A stretch of 62,152 nt of DNA from a virus. Its lineage: Duplodnaviria > Caudoviricetes. The stretch's first letter is position 1. Every line of letters begins with the position of its first letter. Made by a program: the position numbers and the translations under genes. The stretch spans positions 1 to 62,152 of the IMG/VR virus record IMGVR_UViG_3300033153_008214; one strand, given 5' to 3'. Of the stretch, positions 30,397 to 40,003 are shown piece by piece. The notes beneath the pieces are model-generated. The model was not told the DNA's origin. It searched no databases and worked only from the letters and a program-made list of their open reading frames with translations.

Positions 30397-31287
30397 GTGG
30401 CTATTCCATATGATCGTAGTGCTGTTCCAGTAGGCTCTTCTGTACGCCTTGAAGTCCAGTTTAAAGACTCCGCAGGGAACTCTAAGGATGCTCAAGCTAC
30501 ACCCACGTTTGAGGTACAGGATGCCTCTAACGCAGTTGTACTTGCCGCATCAGCTACTGGAGTAACCCGTACTGCTAAAGGGCGGTATCGTTACGAATAT
30601 ACTATACCCACCGGTTATGTCTCAGGTATATGGAATGATATCTGGGTAGGTACCGTAGATGGATATCAACTCACTGAAGTATTTAATTTCACAGTAAATA
30701 GTGTAGGAAGTATAGAATCTACCGGCTCTAGTATTCCAGAAGATGATTATACTCTAGATGATGATGATCTGGAGTATGATTACACTCAGGAAGAAATCCA
30801 AGGTATTTTGCTACTTAGGGGAATGTTGAAAAAACGTTTGAGAAGTACCATCTATAATACCGAAGGATCCTCTTGCCCCATCTTCTCTAATGATTTGCTA
30901 TTAAGCTTCCTATGTGCCTCTCTATCTGAACTAAATGCAACTCCCGCATTTACAACTTACTCCTTTGCTGATAATGTCATTCAAACTCTAGCTGTAGACC
31001 TTATGACACAGGGTGCCTTGCTAGTTGCCTGGTCAAGCCAAGCTATCATAGAAGCCGGATTCGAACTAACTGTGAATGACAATGGAGTTACTGTTAACCC
31101 TCCACCCGTCAGCACTACGATGACAGGATTATATACTACGCAACTCACGGAGTATAGGGCTAAGTTGAAGGAATTTAAGAGGAATCATCGCGCCTCAGCT
31201 CGTGGCCTAAGTGCAGGTAACCTACTTAACGGTAGGAATTTCAGAGTTCGAAGATTACGACACCGAAAAGAATTAAGATTGATCTGA
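30397..31287 (+). CDS. Putative neck/head-completion (adaptor) protein with N-terminal Ig-like domain
   Basis: GTG start after gagga. Ig-like N-domain (GRYRYEYTIP...WNDIW), then a helical domain (SLSELNATP...VNDNGVTVNPP) and a basic C-terminus. Position upstream of the tail module fits. 1 DGY. Confidence 0.5.
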   Translation: MAIPYDRSAVPVGSSVRLEVQFKDSAGNSKDAQATPTFEVQDASNAVVLAASATGVTRTAKGRYRYEYTIPTGYVSGIWNDIWVGTVDGYQLTEVFNFTVNSVGSIESTGSSIPEDDYTLDDDDLEYDYTQEEIQGILLLRGMLKKRLRSTIYNTEGSSCPIFSNDLLLSFLCASLSELNATPAFTTYSFADNVIQTLAVDLMTQGALLVAWSSQAIIEAGFELTVNDNGVTVNPPPVSTTMTGLYTTQLTEYRAKLKEFKRNHRASARGLSAGNLLNGRNFRVRRLRHRKELRLI

Positions 31288-31441
31288 ATTTCTAGGGACT
31301 TGTAAGCATTGTGCAAATTGCTAAATAGTAGCGAATTAGGTTAAGATAGGATAGACTCAAAGCCGGACTTTCTTTAAAAGATACGATCTTTAATTAGGGC
31401 TCGCGACGATTAAGATGTATTTATGTCTTAAGGAGGGTCTT

Positions 31442-32647
31442 ATGAAGGAAATTATCGAATTAACCAAGAGTGATATTGAGGATCTAGTATCCAGATATGG
31501 TTCTTTATACCGAATACAGAAAGAACTCGGTTATCGTCAAAGCTCTATGATTCGAAAATGTAAGAGGCTTGGGGTCCAATTTGGTTCGATCAGGTTGAGA
31601 AAGATGAATAGTGCATCACAAAGTGAAGTGGTCTCAAAGATTAGAGAGCTAAAGAATCTTAATAAGGTGGCAGACTTCTATGGTATTGAGCATAAAGCTA
31701 TACGTGTTCGTATAGAAAGAATGCCTGAGGTTTTGCGGACTGAGATGCGTGATATATTGAAAAAAGATGCAAGAGTTCACCCAGTTGATGAAAGGTTCTT
31801 TGGAAGAGGTTATAATCAAGATAACATGTATTTGGCCGGGTTTATAGCTGCAGACGGATGTATTCTTGAAGAGGGTGCAGCAGCTTATTCATTATTTATA
31901 GGACTTGCTATAAAAGATTTGGAATTTCTTAAATCCATATCTTCTGTAATGAGATATGACAATGTCGTAGAATTTAAAACTAATCGTGAGTTCTCGGCAT
32001 GTAAGGCTCACATAAGATGTACAGAGCTGTGTCACGATCTTATGAATAATTTCGGATTATATCCTCGCAAGACCTACGATATTACAATTCCTGACATTCT
32101 ACTGAATTCAGATTTAATACGACATTATATACGTGGTGTATTTGATGGTGATGGCACGGTTGGATTATATCATAAGAAATTAAATAGTTATGACGCTTCC
32201 TTTGGAATTTGCTCTGCCTCAAGACGTTTCCTAGAACAAATTAAAAGTGTGCTAGATAAGGAGCTAGATAAAGATGTTGGAATAATTCGACAAGACTTAA
32301 GAGATATATATTCTTGTGACTTTTATAATTATAGCGTATCAAGTAAAAAGGATCTTGTGAGAATTCGTGATTTCTTTTACGCTGATGCGAGTTTGTATCT
32401 GAAACGAAAGAAGGATATCTTTTTCGACCCTCACATGACTTATGCTCGTGACATTCCTGTCATAGCAACTTCTCCTGACGGCCAAGAAACCTATTATGAG
32501 AACTATTCTGCAGGAACTGTTGATGGTTTTACAATTGAAGGGATTGGAAAGTGTGTAAGGGGTGTTCAGAAGCATCACAGGAATTATACTTTCAGAAGGG
32601 CTATTTCGCCACCAAGGCCACTTCTTAAAATTTCTCCTATAAACTGA
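31442..32647 (+). mobile_element. Free-standing LAGLIDADG homing endonuclease
   Basis: Two motifs, YLAGFIAADGC and YIRGVFDGDG, plus LYLKRKK. N-terminal HTH-like repeats and a C-terminal NUMOD1-like domain. RBS aggagg. Confidence 0.9.
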
Positions 32648-32722
32648 CTCGACCAGCTAATAAATCCCCTACATGGTAGAACTACCTGGGTGTATTACTT
32701 TGTGTAAGGAGAGGGTTTATAT

Positions 32723-32977
32723 ATGACTATAAAATTAGAGCCATTAGCTTACCAGCATTTTTCAGGCAGTGGCACTGATGATGTCCATTTTGGTGGTACT
32801 GATCTGGTAGGCAGAAGTATTCGATATTTGATACTTGATACTACTGGTAATGTATCTATGAGCTTTAATGGCACAGACTTTATGACTCTTTCAAATGCAA
32901 CTCATACCTTCCAGGTTCCTTTAAAGCAAGTGTGGTTCCAAGGTGGTACTTGGTCTGGCATTGGCGTAAGTGTTTAA
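32723..32977 (+). CDS. Small beta-rich hypothetical protein
   Basis: RBS aaggag. 84 aa. Confidence 0.55.
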   Translation: MTIKLEPLAYQHFSGSGTDDVHFGGTDLVGRSIRYLILDTTGNVSMSFNGTDFMTLSNATHTFQVPLKQVWFQGGTWSGIGVSV

Positions 32978-33003
32978 AACTAGTAAGCATTTAGGGGGCC
33001 GAG

Positions 33004-33351
33004 GTGGACAAAGTATTTATGTCAGTGGCTAAGATAATTGAGTTATATGGCTCTACTCTTGTTGAGTATGGAGCTTTTGGCCTACTTACGCTTGCAGGTT
33101 GGGGCCTTACTGGTTGGTTCCTGTACAGAGATTACAAGAAGAAGATTGAAGAGAATTCAATAATTCTTGCGAAAGATCTTGAGCTTAAGGAAGCAAATAT
33201 TAAGCTTGTTGATGTTACTAAAGAGATTTCCGAGGCTCGTATCAAAGATTTGAAGGAGACCACTGATGAATATAACGAAGCAATTACCAATGTTAACCAT
33301 ACTTTGGACAAGCTAACTGTTGCGCTTAAAGTTAAATCAAGCGTAGAATAA
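33004..33351 (+). CDS. Putative holin-like membrane protein
   Basis: Single TM segment (YGAFGLLTLAGWGLTGWFLY) followed by a coiled coil. Confidence 0.45.
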   Translation: MDKVFMSVAKIIELYGSTLVEYGAFGLLTLAGWGLTGWFLYRDYKKKIEENSIILAKDLELKEANIKLVDVTKEISEARIKDLKETTDEYNEAITNVNHTLDKLTVALKVKSSVE

Positions 33352-33364
33352 GCAGGAGTATAAT

Positions 33365-33565
33365 ATGGACTCAGTAGATGATATTAAGCAATCCCGACGT
33401 ACTAAAACAGCAGCTCTTCGCAGAAAAGCCAAAGAGGCTCAAGATAAAATAGAGCAGCTTAAAGAAGAGCATAGATTTGTATATGTTAATGGCGAAGCTA
33501 AAGAGATTCGAGAACACTGCGAAGTTACTAAGAAAAAACTAAAGATGAAAGGGCCGCATGAGTGA
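33365..33565 (+). CDS. Small basic hypothetical protein
   Basis: RBS aggag. Overlaps the next gene. Confidence 0.55.
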   Translation: MDSVDDIKQSRRTKTAALRRKAKEAQDKIEQLKEEHRFVYVNGEAKEIREHCEVTKKKLKMKGPHE

Positions 33566-34034
33566 AGATCAATCTAAAAAAGTTCTGGTAGATGCTATAA
33601 CAACATTATTGAAAGATAATAAGACTGTTAAGCTAATGTTTGAGAACTTTAAGGTTGATATCAATGAGCTAGATAATATGCCCATTGACTTTGCTCCACT
33701 GGAAGTTTCGGCAAAAACTCGTAATGGTAAGGTCTACCTGAATGATAAGTTGTTAGAGGATGATGATTTCAAGGATGATATCCATTATATAGTTCATGAA
33801 GCGGTGCACTGGTTGCAACAAACTTATGGAGATGCTCGAAATTATAAGAAAGGTCCGGATGATGAATACTTGGATCTTCCTTCAGAGATAGAGGCTTTTA
33901 GGTATCAGGTTCAATTTATGAAGGATTTTCAAAGTCCTGAACGAGCTGAGCAATATGTAGATGATTTGATTGATTTTCATGATCTTGAGGATGATGAGCG
34001 TCATAGTAAGAAGGAAGAATTGATGGGGCGTTAA
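33558..34034 (+). CDS. Zincin-like (HExxH) metallopeptidase-fold protein
   Basis: IVHEAVHWLQ motif with a downstream third ligand in YLDLPSEIEAF. Confidence 0.7.
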   Translation: MSEDQSKKVLVDAITTLLKDNKTVKLMFENFKVDINELDNMPIDFAPLEVSAKTRNGKVYLNDKLLEDDDFKDDIHYIVHEAVHWLQQTYGDARNYKKGPDDEYLDLPSEIEAFRYQVQFMKDFQSPERAEQYVDDLIDFHDLEDDERHSKKEELMGR

Positions 34035-34037
34035 TGC

Positions 34038-36158
34038 ATGGTTTGTCAATTACAAACACCACTGTGGACTGGCAGACAAGTAGGATTAAAGTCAGCCGTT
34101 GAGAATGTAACTGATGGTTACATTGTATTAAATATTGCAGATGCAATCCCTACAATTGGTGATACAAACTATTATAACATTTACTACTCTCTAAATGTTG
34201 ATACTCTGTTTGATTTTCCTCAACTAGTTACTTTAGAGAACCAGGTATCTATACCGGCTACTCTACTCAGTCTAAATTATTATATCGCTGTACGTACTGC
34301 TCAACTGGGCATCTCTGATGATATAAGCTCTACAAATATGACCAGTGCTGGAGCAGACCTGGTTGTATATCCATCTAGTACAGAGCTTACAGAAGACTTG
34401 GATCCAGCTGATGGCTACATAGTAGTTGAAGATGCAACTGGTTATCCTAAGCAAGATGGGTATGTACTGGTTGGTAACGAGGTTATCCTTTATTCTGACC
34501 GAGTAGATGATTACACGGGTGACGGATATGACGGACTTCTAATTTCAAATAGAGATCCGTATAGTTGCAACGATGTTGTTAGTCATACAGATGGTTACTC
34601 AGTAGAGTTGTTTAAAGGGTTTGAGGATGACAACTCTACTCGCTTTAAAGCATCTCCTTCTTGCATGCTCACTAAGCCAGATTGGCCTGGTAATATAGGT
34701 CTGGAAAGAGTTTCTGACCTTGGCATTGGAACGAGTGTTAAGCTGGAGTGGAAGGATGCAAGATTCCCTGCAGGCTTCAGCATACCCTATTATAATATTT
34801 ATAGGACTGATACTCTGTCCAGACTATTAAAGTTTGGTACAATGCCTGTAGCCATTAGTACTGGTACAGAGGGAATTATACCAGGGCTGGTTCCTGGAAG
34901 TACAAACTATTTTGCTGTTAAAGCTTCCTACCAATTGCAAAATTTAAGTCTTAGTGGATTTGATCTACTTAGTGCGAACACTTATGCGTTCCCTCCAGTA
35001 ACTACAGTCCAAGAGGGAGATGGGTATTGGACTACAGGTGAGACTGGTACACTTACAGTGGCAAGTACGGAGGGTTACCCATTACGTGGTTTCTTGCATA
35101 TAGGTTCTGAGATAATGGAGTACAACTCTATTACCAGCGTTAGTTTTAATATTGTAGAGCGTGATGTATTTGCGATGGAGCTAATTAGTAATCATCCTAA
35201 TGATACTCAAATATATTTCTTCAGAGGTATTGAGGATACTAATCGAAATTATTATAGGACTTCTCCAACTTGGGATGCAGGGCAAGATATACCTTTGATG
35301 CCATTACCTGATGGATATAATTATCCTGCAGATGGTTATGGAGGAGCAGCTTATAACCAGGACCTGGATGGTTATCGGGCAAATATAGATAATGACCTTA
35401 CAGAGGATCATTCTGCCTTTGAAGCTGATAAGATAGATGATATTCTTACAGGTTCTTGTGGATATCATAGAGAGAACTGGGACAAGTTTTATACTCGTAG
35501 TCAGTGTGGCACCTATAGTGGTGGCAGACGCTACCAGGTTATACCTGGGGTAAATGGTGGTCAGCCGGTACCTGTAGGTGGTGGCCATGATGTATGGGAG
35601 CATGCTACTCGAACTGAGGAAGACCTGCTTGGAAAAGTTGGAAATTACTTTGTACTTCTTCGTCGAAAATGGACAGGGAAAAGATGTGCGGTATTATCTT
35701 CCAGAACTGAGCATCCTGGAGCTAGGTGTCTTAGTTGCTTTGGGACTACGTTCCAGGGTGGTTATGACAGATACGTTAACTCTAGAGATGTTATATATGG
35801 TCAAACAAATCCCAATGGCTTCATTATGGCTCACTTGGATCCATATGATGATGATTTGGAACTGAGCCAATATGAGGGTCTTAAGCAGAGCAATATCATG
35901 AATGGTTGGACTATTTCCATTCCTACTTTGAAAGACAGAGACATACTAATTAAGTACATATTTGATATAGGGACTGGAATGTTCCTGGAAGAATTCAGAT
36001 ATGAAGTTTTAAAGGTTAATCGAAATAAGCTATTATATCAAAAGAATGGTAAACAGACGCTAACTATTAAACGTCTAGATAGAACTAAGGAGATTTATAA
36101 ATTTTCTAACCCCGCTTCAGGCCCTCTACTTGGGGTGCCGGTACCACCAGGATCATAA
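34038..36158 (+). CDS. Putative neck/head-closure protein with N-terminal FN3-like domains
   Basis: Duplicated FN3-like unit (YYNIY...NY..AV). The C-terminal domain LLRRKWTGKRC...CLSCFGTTFQGGY...WTI..P.LKDRD...RYEV..V.R resembles phage neck proteins. 9 DGY. Confidence 0.55.
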   Translation: MVCQLQTPLWTGRQVGLKSAVENVTDGYIVLNIADAIPTIGDTNYYNIYYSLNVDTLFDFPQLVTLENQVSIPATLLSLNYYIAVRTAQLGISDDISSTNMTSAGADLVVYPSSTELTEDLDPADGYIVVEDATGYPKQDGYVLVGNEVILYSDRVDDYTGDGYDGLLISNRDPYSCNDVVSHTDGYSVELFKGFEDDNSTRFKASPSCMLTKPDWPGNIGLERVSDLGIGTSVKLEWKDARFPAGFSIPYYNIYRTDTLSRLLKFGTMPVAISTGTEGIIPGLVPGSTNYFAVKASYQLQNLSLSGFDLLSANTYAFPPVTTVQEGDGYWTTGETGTLTVASTEGYPLRGFLHIGSEIMEYNSITSVSFNIVERDVFAMELISNHPNDTQIYFFRGIEDTNRNYYRTSPTWDAGQDIPLMPLPDGYNYPADGYGGAAYNQDLDGYRANIDNDLTEDHSAFEADKIDDILTGSCGYHRENWDKFYTRSQCGTYSGGRRYQVIPGVNGGQPVPVGGGHDVWEHATRTEEDLLGKVGNYFVLLRRKWTGKRCAVLSSRTEHPGARCLSCFGTTFQGGYDRYVNSRDVIYGQTNPNGFIMAHLDPYDDDLELSQYEGLKQSNIMNGWTISIPTLKDRDILIKYIFDIGTGMFLEEFRYEVLKVNRNKLLYQKNGKQTLTIKRLDRTKEIYKFSNPASGPLLGVPVPPGS

Positions 36159-36161
36159 ACT

Positions 36162-38219
36162 ATGTCTACACTTTATCCAAATAATATAGATTCGAATCTA
36201 AGCCTTCCCAAGGTAATTGATAATGTTAGCCCTATTATAGCTAGGGATGTTAATCAGTTGCAGGAAGCAATTATTGCTATTGAGACTGAGCTTGGAATTA
36301 ACCCTAAGGGCACTTATAGTACGGTAGATGATAGGCTTGATAATATACTGGATGTTATCGGAGGCCCTGGCTTTATCAATGCTGCAAGTGTAAGTCTAGC
36401 AGACGCTGATGGATATTATGACTCCGCCAATGTAGAAGGTGCTTTACAAGAGATTGGCGCTGAGTTGGCAGATGGAGTTGGGCTTATAGGTGAGGCAGAG
36501 GATGGCACTTATACGGATGGACTCTTTATAGACTTCGTAGCCACTACTGAGATTGGTGTAGCTGTGGATAGATTTAATGAAATCCTTGGTGAATTGGCCC
36601 CTCCCCCAGCTCCAGCCTTAAGTGACATGAGTTTTACTAGTACGCTTGGAACTGCTTCTAAAGTATCCTTTGGGACATCTAATGCGATTGCGGGTTACTC
36701 TGATGTAGGTACTGCAGGTGGTGGTTCAGCCCTTGATATCAATGGTAGCTTTACAAGTGGTAGCGGTGCAGCATTACGCAAGGGAACTTATGCAGCATCC
36801 TCTACGCATACTGGTATAGTAGCTGATGCAGTAATTGCTGACAATGGAGTGCCTACAGCATCTTATCCAGCGAATTCTTTCGGAGATGGGTATAATGGTG
36901 CGTTAGAGCTAGAGGTAAATGGTGCTGTAGTGCACACCCTTGATCTTACAAGCTTTGTATCTGGGACAAGTGTGAATGGTAATGGTTCTGGGTTTACAAG
37001 TGTTAGTGAAGGGACTCCTGTGAAATTCCCTAATGGTACTGATTTAAATCTATTCCATTATCGTACTGCAAACTGGACTGTAGATCCTTCAGACCAAAGA
37101 AATGGTTGGAATTACATGAGAGTCATTCATGATGATGCCCCAACATTTACCAGGGTAACGAATTATTATGAATGGGTTGTTGATGCTAATGCAACTGCGA
37201 CTACGTTTGCATCTGAAAGCCTTGCTGCCCCCTCTATGACAGGTTCGAAGCATATCTCTGGTGTAGAGTATCATACTGGTGGTACTGCAAACTATGGGGT
37301 AACTGTAAGTAATCTACATCGAAACACTTATAGTAGTAGTGGTTCGGCAGTAAGCCATCCCGGTGTTTCAAATGTTAGTATATCTTCCGCTTCACTTGGA
37401 ACTATTTCTGCAGAATCTGATACTGAAGTGATTGCAAGTAAAACTGCAACGATAAATGCAAGCCGAGTTTTGGATGGTTCGTTAACTGTGGACACTCGAA
37501 TTGATCGAACTGTTCAGAGTGACTTAACTTCTACAGGAGTTAGTCAGACAGGTATACTTGTTGATAATGTAACTGATAGCTCTGCAGATACCAATGAACC
37601 TTTGAATGGTGAGAAGTATCGTACTCCCAGCAATAGGTCTTTAACTGATACGACAGGTTTGAATACTGGTGGCAATGGTGCTCTTTGGGATGAAACAATT
37701 TCTTTAGTTGCAGCTACCGCTGGATATACGGATGGGTTGCAGTTATATAACGATACTTTGATTTACCCAGTAACTAATTTTAGCACAGTATCTCAGGGTC
37801 CTGCAGGCAATGTAGATTATAGCAGTGCTGCTGGCACGAGAACATATTGGAGATACTTTTATGTTGGCGGAAGTGCTCAAAACTTTAACATCAATGTTTC
37901 TCAAAGTGGTGTAAGTTTCATAACAGTTGCGACTAGCCTTGGTACTGGAAATGGTAATGCGCATATGGAACTACTCGCAAGCAATACTACGGTAAATGGT
38001 GGTGCAACTGTAGAATTTAAAGATTGCGTGGTATCCTATACTTCAGATACGGCAATAGGTTGCTTCGCCTCCACTTACGGTGCGACGATACCAGGAAATT
38101 GGGGGACGACGCTCGGCACAAAGTCCTCGGCAACTTCAGGCTCATCAATTATACTAAGAGTTACCGTAGGTCAGGGATGGACAGGATCAATTTCAAACAT
38201 ATCTCTTTCTGTAGTTTAG
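36162..38219 (+). CDS. Virion fibre/collar protein with YP..ID...LP anchor
   Basis: Shared N-terminal anchor, NVEGALQEI fibre motif, Ser/Thr/Gly-rich body. 2 DGY. Confidence 0.6.
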   Translation: MSTLYPNNIDSNLSLPKVIDNVSPIIARDVNQLQEAIIAIETELGINPKGTYSTVDDRLDNILDVIGGPGFINAASVSLADADGYYDSANVEGALQEIGAELADGVGLIGEAEDGTYTDGLFIDFVATTEIGVAVDRFNEILGELAPPPAPALSDMSFTSTLGTASKVSFGTSNAIAGYSDVGTAGGGSALDINGSFTSGSGAALRKGTYAASSTHTGIVADAVIADNGVPTASYPANSFGDGYNGALELEVNGAVVHTLDLTSFVSGTSVNGNGSGFTSVSEGTPVKFPNGTDLNLFHYRTANWTVDPSDQRNGWNYMRVIHDDAPTFTRVTNYYEWVVDANATATTFASESLAAPSMTGSKHISGVEYHTGGTANYGVTVSNLHRNTYSSSGSAVSHPGVSNVSISSASLGTISAESDTEVIASKTATINASRVLDGSLTVDTRIDRTVQSDLTSTGVSQTGILVDNVTDSSADTNEPLNGEKYRTPSNRSLTDTTGLNTGGNGALWDETISLVAATAGYTDGLQLYNDTLIYPVTNFSTVSQGPAGNVDYSSAAGTRTYWRYFYVGGSAQNFNINVSQSGVSFITVATSLGTGNGNAHMELLASNTTVNGGATVEFKDCVVSYTSDTAIGCFASTYGATIPGNWGTTLGTKSSATSGSSIILRVTVGQGWTGSISNISLSVV

Positions 38220-38264
38220 AGAAACAATTAGATTTATCATGGTTGTAGAGGTATATTAAAGAAA

Positions 38265-38867
38265 GTGGAGAGAACAATGAAGACTATAATGGAAAAGATT
38301 GCAAAGCTGTCAACATACTTGGATAAGCGGGGATATCGTAAGGAGTCTCATAAGCTTGATCATGCTATGTATTCTCTGGCACAAGGTGAACAGCCTGGCT
38401 GGACTAGTCCGATTGAACGTATAAGATGGGAAATTGAAAACTCTGGTGGAAGAAGTCGAGATACTCTTTCTCAGGAAGGTCAGAAAATGTTTGACCAGTT
38501 AAACGAAGAGGATAAGAAGGAGCTTGGGCTACCAGAGCATGACGTAGCTGTCACTCATAAAGAGCCTCAGCCTCACACTGGTGAGGATGCCTCAGGTTAT
38601 GAAGAAGGAGAGGCAGCAAGTGCTAATTTCGTAGTTATTGAGATGCAAGGATATGAGCCAATTAAAGTCAATCTTGTCAGCCAGATTGCTAAGCTTGTTG
38701 AGCATCCTAATGTGTCAGAGGCAGCACTTATTAAATCTATCTATGACTCAGTTTATCAAGATAGTGGTGAGATACAACTAGGTAGGGGAGCTACATTGCA
38801 AGATGCCATAAAGATGGGCATTCAGGCTAAGGTATTGGTAGATGACAGACATTTCTGGCAAAAATAA
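38265..38867 (+). CDS. Hypothetical protein (possible internal head protein)
   Basis: KIAKLSTYLDKRGY.KE...LD N-terminal helix motif. The true start may be ATG 38277. Confidence 0.45.
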   Translation: MERTMKTIMEKIAKLSTYLDKRGYRKESHKLDHAMYSLAQGEQPGWTSPIERIRWEIENSGGRSRDTLSQEGQKMFDQLNEEDKKELGLPEHDVAVTHKEPQPHTGEDASGYEEGEAASANFVVIEMQGYEPIKVNLVSQIAKLVEHPNVSEAALIKSIYDSVYQDSGEIQLGRGATLQDAIKMGIQAKVLVDDRHFWQK

Positions 38868-38881
38868 GATAGGGTAGGAAG

Positions 38882-39994
38882 ATGACAATCAAGAAAGTAC
38901 TTTCTCATATAATTGATAATTGGAAGTCCTATGGTGTAGGACTTCTCATAGTATTGAATGTTGTGTTTGCAGGCACTGCATTTCAGATGTTCAATGCTTA
39001 TAGCTCAACTAAGTTTGAATTGAGCCAGGCAAACACGGTTATCAATTCTAGGATTGCCGAGATTCAAGAATTCAGTTCTAAGCTTGGAAGAGCAGAGTCG
39101 GATCTTGTTCGTCAAACAGACTTATCTGAGCAGTATGAAGGTGAGATTAAAAGTTTTCGTAAAGAGATTGCAAAGCAGACTGATAAGATTCGTGTAAAGG
39201 ATCTTAAGATTAGAAGCCGGGATGAGACTATCGCTGGACTTCAAGGTCAGATCAGTGGTGGTAACTCAAGCGTAATTATAGTTGATGTAAGTACTGGGGA
39301 ATCAGGAAGTACCTTTGAGACAGTCGTAGATGTTAATGAGGTCTGTGGTTCAGACAAGGTCTTGGCTTATAGATGGTCTGACAAACACCAGAGATTTGAA
39401 TTATTTGACCCAGATATATCTAAGTCTGGAGATGAGCAGTTTAAGTATAGTCAGTTGATTAGAATAAAGGGAATTGTTCTTACTGATAGCTCTGGCAATG
39501 TTCAAGTTAAACGGGTTAGTGCTGAGGAAGTAATTGAGGTTGAGCAAGAAGGAAAGGTATCTTACGAAGCTATAGAGGGTGGTAAAGTAGTTCTAGTAGA
39601 TAGTAAATTTGAATATACTAACGAGCCTGATAAGCCGGAAGGATTTAATTGGCTCGACCCTTTGACATTACGCCCTATGGTAGGCTTTGACTTTCCTTAT
39701 ATGACACCTAGTATTGGATTAGAGATTGTAAATTTTGGAAGATGGGTACCATATTTAAATATAGGACTCGGTCCAAAATTATCATTTGATGTATCTGGTT
39801 TACCTGATGGTGATTTTAGTAGCTTAGAGAATAGCCGAGTAGGCGTTGCTGCAATATATCATATAGCGCCCCCATGGCTTGATACAAATTTTGGGCTGGG
39901 AGTGTCACTCTCAACTCCTATGAATGACTTGGATCAGTTGATGCTATCTGTAGATCTTACCTTTTACCTTACCCAGGATCTTTTCCCCTTCTAG
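38882..39994 (+). CDS. Membrane-anchored coiled-coil protein, spanin-like
   Basis: N-terminal TM (YGVGLLIVLNVVFAGTAF), a ~90-aa coiled coil, and C-terminal amphipathic beta strands ending in Phe. Confidence 0.45.
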   Translation: MTIKKVLSHIIDNWKSYGVGLLIVLNVVFAGTAFQMFNAYSSTKFELSQANTVINSRIAEIQEFSSKLGRAESDLVRQTDLSEQYEGEIKSFRKEIAKQTDKIRVKDLKIRSRDETIAGLQGQISGGNSSVIIVDVSTGESGSTFETVVDVNEVCGSDKVLAYRWSDKHQRFELFDPDISKSGDEQFKYSQLIRIKGIVLTDSSGNVQVKRVSAEEVIEVEQEGKVSYEAIEGGKVVLVDSKFEYTNEPDKPEGFNWLDPLTLRPMVGFDFPYMTPSIGLEIVNFGRWVPYLNIGLGPKLSFDVSGLPDGDFSSLENSRVGVAAIYHIAPPWLDTNFGLGVSLSTPMNDLDQLMLSVDLTFYLTQDLFPF

Positions 39995-40003
39995 AGAGAC
40001 GAT

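Noticed and set aside
31288-32722. Group I intron or intein hosting the LAGLIDADG endonuclease
   Set aside because: The upstream gene ends in a plausible natural C-terminus and the downstream gene has its own RBS. The nuclease has its own RBS, with no Cys/Ser start or His-Asn end. I could not identify intron core elements.
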